Position numbers and translations under genes: made by a program. From Octopus sinensis (lineage: Eukaryota): DNA of 64,000 nt. Positions 27,163-41,510 of the stretch are shown piece after piece. Under the pieces are notes generated by a model, which was not told where the DNA came from, did no database searches, and saw only the letters and a program-made list of their open reading frames with translations. Positions within the stretch are counted from its first letter, which is position 1, and each line of letters begins with the position of its first letter. The stretch is from contig NC_043000.1 in assembly GCF_006345805.1 (NCBI RefSeq), positions 99,262,001-99,326,000 of the forward strand. Reading direction: 5' to 3'.

Positions 27163-27751
27163 TGTAGTATGTATGTATGTATGCATGCATGTTTTTGTGT
27201 GTATGGATGCATGCAAGCATGAATGGACGGATGGATGTGTGCGTCATTTTATTTTTCAGATTTCTTACTAATGGAACAACAGTCGGCTTTTAGTCTAGAA
27301 ACAAGAAATCTAAACAGCCTCCGCCGGATTATCTTGTATGTATATACATGTGCAAATGAAGACAGTTTTGTAGATATGTATGTCGAATCTTTTATAGTCA
27401 ATAAACGAACTTCATCACTGGAATTTGTATCACAACAGCGATAAGTTGAGCTTTAGAAAAGCTTTGCATATTTTTCTGTTCTGCTTACAGTTTACTTCTG
27501 TAAAATGCATATTAGCCAGTCTCATTAATTTCATTAATGAAAAATCCTAGTTTTACTTGGTATGTACCTATGCCTGCATATCTATATGCATATATGTATG
27601 TATGTATGTAGTATGTATGTATGTATGTATGTATGTATGTATGTATGTATGTATGTATGTATGTATGTATGTAGTGTATGTATGTATGTATGTATGTATG
27701 TATGTACCTATCTATATATCTATCTATACTCTCTATCTATATCTATATCTC

Positions 27752-27792
<41 letters not shown>

Positions 27793-28007
27793 ATATATAT
27801 ATATATAGTTAATCCAAACAAGAAGCACAAAAGACACGACGCGAGGACGTGGAACAAATATAGTATTATTGGACGCTCAGGAAAGAAGAAAAGAAGGAGG
27901 GTAACGTCCGAGCGGAACTCTTCGTCGGATCGGAAACATAGGAGAAGGAAAGATCCAGAGAAGGGAAGACAGAGGAAAATCGCCAACGGTACACACGAGG
28001 TCACATT

Positions 28008-28058
<51 letters not shown>

Positions 28059-28194
28059 ATATATATTTGAAAAAGAAGGGTAAAAATATCGCTTGCCAAA
28101 GACGAAAGCGAAAGCTTCAAACAACCACAATCCTATGATAAATACACACACGAGCAATGCAGTGAACACTAAAAAACAGGCCTATCTTCATTCA

Positions 28195-28238
<44 letters not shown>

Positions 28239-28534
28239 GAGAGTTAACGATAAGTGGCTAACTCTAGTGCTAGAAATAGCTCCTTATTCTGGTATAGCCA
28301 CCGAAGACTTTTTCCACACCAGAAACAGCATTACCCTCAACGTAAGGGAAGCGAAATACAACAAAAAGATAGATCAATACTGAACAATTGTTTCCTTATC
28401 AACATAATATGTAATTATACTCACATATTTGTCTATAATTCATTAGCAATATTTGTCCTCGATACAATTTATCAGACCCACACGGGCGATGAAATACACA
28501 TGCGGTCTGATCTATTGCATACATAGTTTGTTGG

Positions 28535-28598
<64 letters not shown>

Positions 28599-28622
28599 AC
28601 ATATACATATATATATATATAT

Positions 28623-28655
<33 letters not shown>

Positions 28656-29580
28656 ATATTATATAGATAATATATATATATATATATATATATATGTTTG
28701 TGTGTGCGTATATATATATGTGTGTAAATGTATGTATATATATATATACAATAAATACGCGTATGTATAATATATACAGTAATCCCTCGCCATATCGCAG
28801 TTTATTATTTAAGCTTACGTCGATTCCTCCGTGGTGTCGTGTTTCATTTATAATAAAATAAATATATACAAATTATAAAAATAATCTTTAAAATACACAG
28901 TACAATGCAGTATTCACCTGTATTTGTCATTTAAATGGCTAGAAGTCCATTCCAGATTTAAATGATGTTTGATTTTAGGGTAAAGAGTGGATAAGGATAA
29001 CGTATGGAGAGTGCTGTGGGGCTAAAGAGAAAAAGAGGAGCCATGGGTGGAGTGCAGAGTGAGAGAGATATAGAGCTTTGTTTTTTAAACTTGATGTGGC
29101 TCGTTCAACTCTCAAGTAGCAAAGAACCCAAATTATATTTTCCATTCAACCATGTCCAACTTATCTCTCTGCTTTTGGCATGAAAATGTTCAGTAGATAA
29201 TAATAATTTACCTGCTTTATTACTAAATATATGAATACCTGCTATTTCTGACGCACGAAAACTTATGAGATTACTACATACATACATCCATCCATACATA
29301 CATACATACATACATACATACATACATACATACATACATGCATGCATACATACATACATGCATATATACATACAGACATACATACATGTAAGGTGAAGAA
29401 TTGTGTTTGATCCTCTGGCCGATACCTGACGAGGATTTGGCGACCTTCTGTGTCTGTTTTCCGTTTGTTTGTGCATTTATTATATGTTTTTACACTTACA
29501 TGTATAACGAAGCGGGCAAATACCAACATGACTGCCTGAGCTTTTCTATATTTTTAGTGAGACACCACTTAATGTATGCT

Positions 29581-29686
29581 TGTATCTAACGTGACCCTGA
29601 CTGCAAAATTGATGTAACACAATGTGATACACATCATCCCACACATAAAGAATAGTCGCAGGATGGGTCGAAACGATCGTCATACA
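29581..29686 (+). ncRNA. Degenerate hammerhead motif
   Basis: UGUAU-CUAACGU(mutated core)-GACCC...GGGUC-GAA-ACGAUCGU-C-AUACA. Confidence 0.5.
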
Positions 29687-29881
29687 GAACAAAGATTAAT
29701 GCCTAATCCATCTTCTGTTTTATTAATCGATTATTATGTCAACTAAAACACTGCGAAATTCTTGAAGTAGATCCAACGGAAATACACCCCAACTGTAGAT
29801 GTCGCAAGGTATCCCAAACCGTGCTCGAGCTCCACTTAACACATCACCACATTAATAAACAAATATCCATTAGTCCAAAAA

Positions 29882-29959
<78 letters not shown>

Positions 29960-30018
29960 ACACACTCACACACACACACACACACGCACACACATATATA
30001 CATACACACATATATATA

Positions 30019-30583
30019 TAGGGTTGTCCGGAAAGTTCGTGCCGATTTATAGTAGCTTACCTTTCGACTTATTTTAGAACATGATTGAGTCCATAAAATA
30101 GTATTTGGCTACACCTCCATTTAGAGCACAGTTTAAGCTATCTTTTCGTGGAAGAAGGTTTATGTTCCTATAACCTGTGTTAATTCTGTAACCCTTTAAA
30201 GTGGAAGATAAGAAAGTTCATTTTCGGCACTTGATGCTTTGGGAACCAGACAAAAATTGCTGCAACTCGGCTGGGATGTGTTACCCCACCCTCCATACTC
30301 ACCAGATATTGCTCCTTCGGATTTCCACTTATTCAGGTCTCTGAAGAATAGTCTTAATGGTAAAAATTTCAATTCCTTCGATGACGTAAAAGATACCTTG
30401 ATGAATTCTTTGCCATTAAACCACCTCAGTTCTGGGAAGAGGGTATCTTCAAGTTAAAGGAAAGATGGAGACGCATTGTGCAACAAAATGGTTCATATTT
30501 GGTTGATTAAAAATGTAATGACAAGTATTTATTGACCTTTTTCTTTCCTTTAAAAATCGGCACGAACTTTCCGGACAACCCAA
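30019..30583 (+). mobile_element. Internally deleted non-autonomous mariner
   Basis: Perfect 28-bp TIRs (30021-30048 and 30554-30581) in TA context. Retains only the C-terminal transposase segment GWDVLPHPPYSPDIAPSDFHLFRSL. Confidence 0.92.
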
Positions 30584-31113
30584 TATATATATATTCGATG
30601 TTATTTTTCCTAATAAAGAGCTGGCCTCTATCTTCAATACAAGGTTCTTTCATTGTTATTTAGACAACATCACGTCGTTAGATATGTATGCATGAACATA
30701 AGTATACATATATGGTTATATGTACAGGTTTATCTACATCTGTGTTGTGTATGTTTGCAAACATAATGTTATTGCGTGTATGAAAATGTATCTTTTGACT
30801 TGCTTATCTGTCCATATACACATTTTTATGACAGTATGCAGCCTTGTGTGTACACTGTAGACTAAATTTCTGGAATATTTCACATAGTTTATCTATATAC
30901 TATAATTATAATTTCTTAATTAGCTGTGTCCTTTCTCATTTTGTGAATCCCAGTCTCTCATAACTAGTGCTTAGGTAATAATCAGATATAAATCTGAATT
31001 AGTATTCCGAATGGAAAGTTTGTAGGTTTCTTATTAATTATGCCAAGCTATGTTCCTTTCCTCTTATCTTGACTATTCTGTGTGCCAGTACGTATATGTA
31101 TATGTATGTAAAT

Positions 31114-31578
31114 GTTAGTTAGTTAGTTAGTTAGTTAATTTGGCTCAAAAGCAAATAGCAAGGCCATGTAGGGGGACATGGAGTTAAGTACAGGGTGGTG
31201 TTCATGTAAAGAGTTCAGGCCACTTGAGGTCAAGGGAGACTTTGAACAAAGCGGTCGTCGGCATCTTCACCATCTCGTCTGGCAGCTTGTTCCACGGATC
31301 CGCAACCCGGACGGAGAAAGCTCCTCTCCTTCGATTGAGATGAAATCGTCGCAGGTAGAGCTTTTCGGAATGACCCCGCAGCCGACGCTCTGGAGCAGGA
31401 GTGAAGAACAGCTCTTTCGAGAGGTTACACTTTCCGCTTATGATGTTGTGAGCGAGAATGAGATCACCACGGCGGCGGCGTTTTTCTAGAGAATAAAGGT
31501 CGAGCGTCCTCAGCCTTTCTTCATACGACACATTTTTGAGACCATGAACCATGCGGGTAGCCAGCCTCTGGACTCTTG
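31114..31578 (-). mobile_element. CR1-clade LINE 3' end with (CTAA)n tail
   Basis: SYEERLRTLDLYSLEKRRRRGDLI...LRGH...FSVRVADPWNKLP is the typical CR1 ORF2 C-terminus. gttagttagttag tail at 31114-31138. Confidence 0.85.
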
Positions 31579-33390
31579 GGATGTTACAGTTAGAAGGATT
31601 TTCTTCAGATATATTTTGGATGAAGATTCACTTAGAGTTAACCAATAACACAATGCTGGTTGCGATATTCCAAAACTCTCTACGAGAATGACTCAGTCTG
31701 CTAAATGTTTAGCAGCCAAATTTATCCTAAAAACAAATTTTACTACCTTTAAAAGGACACATCTAATAGTTGTAGATACTGACTGAATTCAAGCAAAACA
31801 AAAGAAAAAAAAAAACGTGATGCGCATGAACAGAACGCTTTTCATCATTGGTTTGTTTAATCGAGGCTGATCTGTTGCTAAGCAGCAATAATACACGACG
31901 CATATCCTGACCACCATACTACAATTCCCACGGAATATACTAAGTTGTTACAATGTGATCATAAATGATATAACTTGACTTCAATACTGTACTCTATACA
32001 GAATACCATGACAGTCGCAGTACTCCATGTAAGATCTGTTGATCAATTACATTGTGAAATAAATTACTGGTCAATATGCATGTGTGCGTGTGTGTGTGCG
32101 TGCGCGCGCGTAGTGCATGTGTGTGCGTGTATGTGTATGCGTCTGTTTTCAAATGACAGGTCGAAAGAATTTTAGAAGGAATAGAAATGATACTGATAGA
32201 AATGCGATTTAAGAAAACGATCGATTTAATTTAACTAAACAAAAATACCACGTTCATATATATATAATAGTGATACAGTCTAGTTCAATCAGTGGCAAAC
32301 CGCAGCTCACGGGACTTTCGGAGCAGTGCGCCTAATGAAAAATTACCTTGAATTTTGTTTTAGTGTTGTAGCACTCATGAAGGTGAGTAATGCTCCATGC
32401 TGCCCGCTTTTCGAAAGAGTTTGCCTCCAGCCTAGTCTAGTCCGTGAAAATGAGTAAAGGTCTGAGTGAACACGTAACGTATGAATAGTGTAATAAATTA
32501 ATTTGGAAGAGCTAGTTAGGTAAAAGATAAGGGCCGGTTTCCTTGTTTCCATGGCATGTAAATTACCCACCTGGACAGGACGCCAACCCGTTACAGGATT
32601 ACTCATTTTTGCCTGCTGAGTGGACTGGAGCAACGTGAAATGAAGTTTTTTGATCAAAAACACAACGTGTCGCTTGGTCCAGGAATTGAAACCACGATCT
32701 TGTGATCATGCCACGCACCTCCACCGGGCTAGTTAGGGTTCTCAGATGATACACCTCTCCTTTTCATCATGGCAAACTAACTTTTACCATTTTGTGATCT
32801 ATGGGTATTTCGTATATCGACGTTTCAACCTTAAAAATTCCCCTGTAAAGGAATAGGGGCACTCTTTGTAACCCAAGTTTATACTTATGAACCTTAATTG
32901 TTTTATAACGGTAAGTTGTTAGCATAAGTGATGGCTGAGTGAAGGGTAGCTCAACTTTGGTTACATGTGTATAACATCCAATCAGTTTATACACTGGCAC
33001 ACATGGCATTTAAGTTTGCATATCTTGGACACGAATAATTGGAAACAGTTGCAAATATAAGCTCAATGCTACAATAAACATTAAAAAATACATGAGTACA
33101 TTTCTCTCCTCTAGGTATACTTACTTATTTAAATGACCTTATCGACATTTGCTTAATTTACTAAATGGCGTGCTGCTGTGGCCCCAACTAGTTCCCTTGG
33201 AAACTGGAATGCGGCAGTGTTTAGGTTAGTTGAAATATGTTTGTCACATATTTCAACTGATAAAGGCAAATACACTGCAGTTACTGTGGAGAAAAATCTC
33301 TCTTTACCATACGTAAATGCACAAACATACTTACACACATACACACACACACAGACACACTCGCGCACACACATACTTGTATGTATTTAT

Positions 33391-33688
33391 ATCACCATGA
33401 TCACCGTGACCGACCAGGATATCAGATGTTGCTACACATCGCTGGTCACAATGCGCATCGCATTGTTTTATGACGCCACCCCTAAGCGAACAGGCCAACA
33501 GAAGAAAGAGTGAGAGAAAGTTGTGGCGAAAGAGTACAGCAGGGATCGCCACCACCCCTTGCTGGAGCTTCGTGGAACTTTTAGGTGTTTTCACTCAATT
33601 AACACTCACAATGCCCGGTCTGGGAATCCTAACCACGATCCTACGACCGCGAGTCCGCTGCCCTAACTACTGGGCCATTGCGCCTCCA
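33391..33688 (-). mobile_element. tRNA-derived SINE family D, tail type 2
   Basis: Same head and body as 12784-12975 but a different 3' part. Confidence 0.8.
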
Positions 33689-33907
33689 CATGTATTTATG
33701 TATGCCTGTATATACAAATATATGTATTTATCCATGCATGCATCTACCATACATAAATGTACATAGACATACACACATACACATGTGTGTGCATTTCTCC
33801 ATGCATGCCTGTGTATAAGAATGCATGCATTTATGTATGAATGCGCGCATTACCTAACTATATATGGATTCACGTTTATTTTCTTACGCTTTTTTTTTTA
33901 TTTCCAG

Positions 33908-35254
33908 GTATTGGTCTGGGTTTTATGTATGGTCCAAGTGTTGTAATAGTTGGACATTATTTCAAGAAATACAGAGGCTCTGCAAACGCTTTTGCCTCAT
34001 GCGGTTCGACTGTTGGGCAGTTTTCTTTGGCACCCCTCATAAGTTACTGTATATCGGAGTACGGGTTACGAGGTGCACTGCTGTTACACGCGAGCATTCT
34101 TTCACATTGCTTCTTTTTCGGCTCCCTTTTGAGGCCAACTGATTTTTACCGAAGACGCTTGTCTCAATGTGAATTTCCTTCGACTTATGACAACGCGAAC
34201 GCATTCTCTTTGAAACGAAATGGTGAACTTCCTGATTGTGATTCTGCAACAAATAATCTGATTTCAAGTCACTCAAAAGATGAAGGAGCCAAAGATATAA
34301 ACGGAAAGCCATCCATCGGTAACCATACTAACCACCCGAAGATGATTTCGGTAGCCAGAAAAATTGGGGATCGAAGGAACACGGACGTTTGCATCAAATT
34401 CATTCCAGTGAATACTGATGATAAATCACCAGACATATCTCTGTGTGGCAGTTCCCGTTGTATCACCGAAACAGAAATGCCTTCTACTCGCCGAAAATCA
34501 AGAGCTTTCACCGAATATTTCCGAAAAGCATCAACTGGTGCCGATATAGGATCTTTAAGTTTACACATCCAACACAGAATCAAACCGAGTTATTTCGGGG
34601 ATTCTATGATGGGATTCGGCTCTGCTGTTAGTCTTCAAGACGAATCTATATCTAGTACTCATGCAAGAGCCCGGATGAACATCCGTAAGAGCTCAATTTT
34701 ATCAGATGATGTTGGTCACACCGGTTTTATCAAAGAGCCATCCAAATTTGAAACAATGTCAAAATCTTTCAAAATGATTTATAAGAGCGTTGATGTGTCT
34801 CTATTGAAGCAAAAAATATATGTCCTTTTCCTCTTTGGCTACACTTTTGGTTGTTGTGGTAGCGGCATCATGCATAATTATTTTCCAGCTCGTGCCGAGG
34901 AGCTAGGACTGTCTCGCGATCAGGGGACAATGATTCTGTCGTATTCGGGATGTGCTGATATTTTTGCCCGAATAGCCACAAGCGTCACAGCCGATCATCC
35001 CAAAATGCACCGGACCCGATTTATAACTTGTGTTTTATTTATCAATGCGATTTCTTGCTTTAGTATTATGCTGTTTACAACCTATTTGTCTTTTGCTCTG
35101 TTCACCGTGGTTTATGGTTTGTGCTGTGGCGTCTTCTTTGCTCTTAATACAACTATACTCACAGACTTCATCGGTGTTACGAAACTGCCTCAGGGGCTCA
35201 GTATGAGCTATTTAGTATTCGGATTGTGTGCTACTGGTGTATATCCTCTAATAG
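33908..35254 (+). CDS. SLC16/MCT-like MFS transporter, large coding exon (TM4-TM11 plus long cytoplasmic loop)
   Basis: Acceptor tttccag|gt and donor ataG|gtaagt, both phase 1. Open frame with MCT-like motifs GxGLGFMYGPSVVIVGHYFKKYRGSANAFASCGS, TM8 GCADIFAR and TTILTDFIGVTKLPQGLSM. Confidence 0.92.
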
Positions 35255-36004
35255 GTAAGTCCAATTCATTGTCAACGTTTAGTTTTTGCATTATGTTGCC
35301 AAGCATTTTTCTACCAGGCCACATCCACGCACATTCACATGAACAGATATACAAAATACACACACACACAAATCCACCCCCACCCATCCAACACACACAC
35401 AAATACGCAGATGTCGCACTTTTATGTAAACGACGAACCAAGTAAGGGTCATCTATGTTGTCTTTTGACCTGCAAAAAATAGTAGTCATATTTCTACCAT
35501 TATCTTGGTGGATGATCAAAAACTGGAAGGATACATCGAGGAGTGTGTGATTCTTGATATCATTCAACTACGGTAGTAGTTGAATAATATTCTTAAGGCC
35601 GCAATTTACTCACACGCAGCATCTTTCAGAGCTTGTCGCTAATTAAGTTCTTAACCAAATTGAAAACTGATAACATTTTTGAAGACGACTGGTCTTCAGC
35701 TACATTTTAGCATAAGTAAATTGAGATTTGATTCAGTAGCAAAAAGTTTACATCAAAATATGTAGCAACGTTATAGGAGAGTAAGTAACGTCACCAATCA
35801 AGTATCTAAATAACTTTTTTTATTTTAAAAGCAAAATATATTTATCTTAGGTTCAATGATAGAAGAAAGCATGAAGAATTTCATAGTTTTGTTCCCATGC
35901 AACAAAAATGTGTATCAAAAAAGTATAAGGCAAAACATTGGATTCAAGTATAATTAACTTTTTAATTTCAAAAATACACAATAGAAAAATAGATAAATAG
36001 CTGC

Positions 36005-36180
36005 CAAATTTCTCTGAAATTATACTCTGCAACAATCTTGGGCAACCTGAAACCCGCGAGAATTTCTAAATGGCACGTTTAGCGAAAAATTACCTTGACA
36101 TTTTTTAGTAGTGCGGGCCGCGTGATGAGTCATGTTTCAGGTGGCCTGCTTTTCGAAAAAAGGTTTCCCATGCCTGCTCT
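36005..36180. mobile_element. Possible hAT MITE remnant
   Basis: Right end aaaggtttcccatgcctg is the reverse complement of a hAT-like CAGGCATGGG(C/A)AACC terminus. The left end has gggcaacctg only. Confidence 0.35.
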
Positions 36181-36604
36181 ATAATCTTTAGGACGGTATG
36201 AAAATGTAATCATATATTTACTGCGCTTGAAAAGGGAATAGTCACAGCTGGAACATGCTTGTCCATTGGTCTGTTTGATTAGTATACCCAAGAAGCTAAA
36301 AAAAACGACATAGTGGAGTATACATACATACAAATACTTACAAAAATTAAATGAATGAACACTGACATGCAAACCACACACACACACACAAATATACACT
36401 GCCACACACACACATAAACACACACACTCACAAACTACATCTGGTAACTTCAACAATAAATATTTTTGACTTCGGTGAAAGTAGTATTGCATTTTCAGAG
36501 TAAGGTTTGTGTGTGTGTGTGTGTAAGAGTGTGTACGTGCATGTATACGCACACACATAAGGTCTGTCTAAAAAGAAACCAGTCAATTTAGTCACTTGAG
36601 GCCG

Positions 36605-37098
36605 TTAACCCTTTTTGATACCAACCTACCTGAAACCATCTCTGGCCTGTTACCCCAAATCCGCCTAAAACAGCCTCTAGCTCTATAACACAAACTCTAT
36701 GTTTTAAAGTGATCTAAATTTAAACTTTCCGACGAAATTTTATGTTAAATTATGCCCCAAACACTAGTTTAATAATACCAAACTTAAAGGTGACAGTGCT
36801 GGCAGAATCGTTAGCACGCTGAACAAAATGCTGAGTGGTATTTCGTCCGTCTTTACGTTCTGAGTTCAAATTCCTCCGACTTCGCCTTTCATCCTTTGGA
36901 GGTTGATAACATAAGTACCAGTTGAGCACTGGGGTAGATGTAATCGACTTAGCCCCTTCTCTGAAATTGCTGGCCTTGTGCCAAAATTTGAAACCAATTA
37001 TAACAAAGATATATTACTAAATTCTTCATTACTTTCAAAATTAATTGAAAAACAAAAGGCAGTATATTTCAACAGTAATATGGCAACAAAAGGATTAA
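36605..37098. mobile_element. piggyBac-type MITE interrupted by a SINE (36786-37001)
   Basis: TTAA|cccttttt...gatacca at the left end and tggcaacaaaagga|TTAA at the right end. Confidence 0.7.
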
Positions 37099-37139
37099 AT
37101 AAGCAAGCTTTCTTAAACCCACCCCACACGCCAGATCAT

Positions 37140-37740
<601 letters not shown>

Positions 37741-37860
37741 AGAAAATAATGATAATGACGATGATTTTAAATTTTTACACAAGGCCAGCAAGTTCGGGAG
37801 AAGGGGATAAGTCGATTACATCGACCCCAGTGGTCAAATGGTACTTATTTTATCACTATG

Positions 37861-37930
<70 letters not shown>

Positions 37931-38058
37931 TAATAATAATAGTAATAATAAGTCAGAAATAAGAGAAAAACATTAACTGAAAATTGAAAATTGAACAAGA
38001 AGCACGGTATAAAATAATTACATAATAATATTTTTTTCTTTTTATTTTCTCTTCCTAG

Positions 38059-38207
38059 GGCGCTTACGAGATGCAATGGGAACATACGAATACGCTTTCA
38101 TTGTGAATGGCGTTTTATTATTTATCAGCGCGACATTATTTTCTGTTGAAAGTTGCGTCAAGAAAAGGGATAAAATATCGCAGAAAAACGATACTAGCAA
38201 TACGTGA
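38059..38207 (+). CDS. SLC16/MCT-like MFS transporter, last coding exon (TM12 to stop)
   Basis: Polypyrimidine acceptor cttcctag|gg in phase 1. Encodes (G)RLRDAMGTYEYAFIVNGVLLFISATLFSVESCVKKRDKISQKNDTSNT*, matching the MCT C-terminal GxLxDxTGxYxxxF pattern. TGA at 38205-38207. Confidence 0.88.
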
Positions 38208-38296
38208 GAAAGAACATACCAAGAGAAATCATAAAAATAGAAAAATACAAAAACGTTTCTTTTATATATATATATAATATATTATATATATATTAT

Positions 38297-38375
<79 letters not shown>

Positions 38376-38667
38376 CATCGTTTCTAAATAGTCTTTATTT
38401 TTGCTGGCAATCATCTCCATTTATTTTTTTTTTCATAACCATTCTTTCATTCCTTAATTCTTATACTGGTTTCAGTCATAGGACTGTCTGTAATACGTGA
38501 GTATTGCTATCAAGAATTTGGTTGCCTCACATCGATTCTACTTCTTATATCAAATTGGTATTTATTGTATCGCGCACTATTTATTATAAAGTTACGGTTT
38601 TGACATCAAGGATGGAACTTATCAATTTGTACCGGTAAAAATAAAACAGATGTGAACACAAATAAGT

Positions 38668-38712
<45 letters not shown>

Positions 38713-38999
38713 TGCACACAAACACACACAAACACACACACACACACAATTACAAAACTACAGGAGTAGGGAACATCGCATTGGTGGATGAGTAATTTCT
38801 TTCATACGAATACGTTCACAATTATTCAATAGTTGTTTGAATGTTAGAGGCAACGAGAATCTTAAACGATATTACATGAGGTCACAGATGATACAAACAG
38901 AAAGAGGCTGGTTAAGTGAATAAAGGCAAGCAATCTTTTAGGAACTGGATGTTGACTGGTTGTCTCTGGGAGAATTTGTGACAAAGGTGCTATGTTATA

Positions 39000-39074
<75 letters not shown>

Positions 39075-39143
39075 TATATATATTATATATATATATATAT
39101 ATATTCATATATATATATATATATATTCATAATATATATATTC

Positions 39144-39174
<31 letters not shown>

Positions 39175-39294
39175 AATATATATATATTCATATATAAATA
39201 TTTATATGCATATATATTCTATATATGTAGGTATGTATATATATATAATCTCTTTTTCTTTTGCTCTCTCTCTCTCTCTCTCTCTCACTGAATA

Positions 39295-39339
<45 letters not shown>

Positions 39340-40139
39340 CATACATATATATAATATTAGGGAGTATAACTTCAAACTTACAGGGGAAAATTTAATTTAG
39401 TATTAAATCAAATTTCACAATATAAATATATAAAGTATATAAATTAGAGAAAAACCACTATTATGCAATTCATTATGACTTGGTTTATGTCTATCATTGT
39501 TTGAATTGCATAATAGTGGTTTTTCTCTAATCATATATATATATATATATATTTACGATTTAAATGGCGGTGCCTCAGCATGGCCACAGCTCAAGAGCTG
39601 AAACTGGAAAACATAAACATAAATATATATATATATTATATATATACTACACGCAAAATAGTAAATTTCGAACGTAGTATAGCAATGAAAACAGCGGAGA
39701 AAGATTAGGCATTTACTCTTAGAAGATAGAAAAAATTGCCAGTGGGAGGCTACGGAAAATCGAACGGCGCACCTATCAGATACTGTTGAGTGCTTTATAC
39801 CATTAGGCTAAGCGGCTGCTATGTACCAACACATTCAGCGCTTCTAATATTTGTTTATAAAATGTTTCCACATGCCATGAAACTATTGCTTAGCATTAAA
39901 ATTGACGGTAGGTGTCAAAAGGGGGCCGTTTAGCGTAATGGTACAGAGCACTCAGCCGGTGATCTGAGAAGTATGGTGTTCGATTCTCCTTTGCCGCCTG
40001 CAGGCAATTTTATTCTCAGTCTTCTAATTGTAAATGCCCAATCTTTCTCGGCTGTTTTCACAGCTATATTGCGTTCGAAATCTACTTCCTTGTCTGTAAA
40101 TGACCACCAACAGATTCAGCGCTTTTAAAGTTTGTTTAT

Positions 40140-40185
<46 letters not shown>

Positions 40186-40389
40186 TATATGTATGTATGT
40201 ATAAGATAGAAATCCGCAATGTCAGTCTTTAAATTCCAAATAGCATTCACTGGTCAACCGCGAAAATAGTTGCGATTGAAACATCATAACCATACAGTTT
40301 TTTTTTCTTCGTTTATCAAATTCCTTTATAACAATCCATTTACTTCGAAGAAAGGATCGAAACCAGAACACCGAAATATTAGCTTTACA

Positions 40390-40637
40390 CGAGTGGTTCT
40401 CAATCTTTGTCTTCCTATGAACCCTCTTGATTCCTGTTTTATTCGGGTGGACCCCTTTAACCATGCGATGATTAAAAAATCATATATTTTTATAATATTA
40501 TAAAGGATTGCATTAAAAAATTGTTAAAATATTTTGTGTATTATAGAAGTATAAAACATTTATTGAACATAAAATTTTAACTGCAAAATCTTACATATAC
40601 CCCCAAGAATCATATGAATCCTGGTTGAGAACCACTG
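40390..40637. mobile_element. hAT-type MITE
   Basis: TIRs (c)gagtggttctcaa / ttgagaaccactg. Flanks gctttaca / gcttttca match at 7 of 8 positions, consistent with an 8-bp TSD. Confidence 0.75.
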
Positions 40638-40778
40638 GCTTTTCAGTCACCAGTTTGCAACCACGTTTTGTCAGCTCAATAAATGCCTACCATACACATG
40701 TATACCTCAACTGAAGTAGTTTCGAGTTACGTCTTTTTCGACTTAAAGTCGTTTTATAGGTTTTAAGAAATAAAACTC

Positions 40779-41510
40779 GGATCTTTTCCTTTTGAACGGC
40801 AGTTTTCAACACAATTTCTAGTCAACTAAACACTTTTAAACTTCGTATACTGGTAGAATGTGTCAAAATAAAACATTTTTTTGTCTTGGCTTTCTTGAGA
40901 AAATTGTAATTTGTTTGTTTAACGTAGTTTAATTTTTCGAATTTTAACCAATGAATCGCCTCTATTGAGCTAAAATCATTTGCTGCGTCTAAAACTGAGA
41001 CAACATCATGTCACTGTTGTGTTTACGTTCGGAAAGCGTGTGTATAAAATTATAGAATTATTTTGTTTGTTAATTGTTTAAATTATTTTCCATTGCTTTC
41101 GTTTTAGCCTTTCGTTTTTTTTTCTTAAGCAATGGAAAATAGTTTAAACAATACACGTGTATCTCAAAACAAAAACAAAATGAATAATTTTAGACACACA
41201 CATAACAATTAAATTAATTTAACAATTAAGAAAAAAAAACGAAAGGCTAAAATTTAGGGTTAGGGTTAGGGTCAGTGACATGATGTTGTCTCAGTTTTAG
41301 ACGCAGCAAATGATTTTAGCTAAATACAGGCCATCGATTGGTTAAAATTCGAAAAATTAAACTACGTTAAACTTACAAATTACAATTTTCTCAAGAAAGC
41401 CAAGAGAAAAAAATGTTTTATTTTGACACATTCTACCAGTATACGAAGTTTAAAAGTGTTTAGTTAACTAGAAATTGTGTTGAAAACTGCCGTTCAAAAG
41501 GAAAAGATTC
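40779..41510. mobile_element. Non-autonomous fold-back/MITE with about 235-bp TIRs and an 8-bp TSD
   Basis: TIR ggatcttttccttttgaacggcag... at 40779-41015 and ...ctgccgttcaaaaggaaaagattc at 41272-41510. TSD TAAAACTC at 40771-40778 and 41511-41518. Confidence 0.9.

Noticed and set aside
28777-28800. Tigger/pogo-type MITE starting cagtaatccctcg
   Set aside because: No matching second TIR or transposase sequence was found nearby.
33841-35445. 534-aa single-exon ORF taken as the complete protein
   Set aside because: The first 22 codons precede a strong acceptor at 33907, and the last about 63 codons follow a GTAAGT donor at 35255. Both ends are intronic read-through.
41253-41270. True telomere or chromosome-fusion scar
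   Set aside because: Only three TTAGGG units, enclosed in a TSD-flanked transposon.
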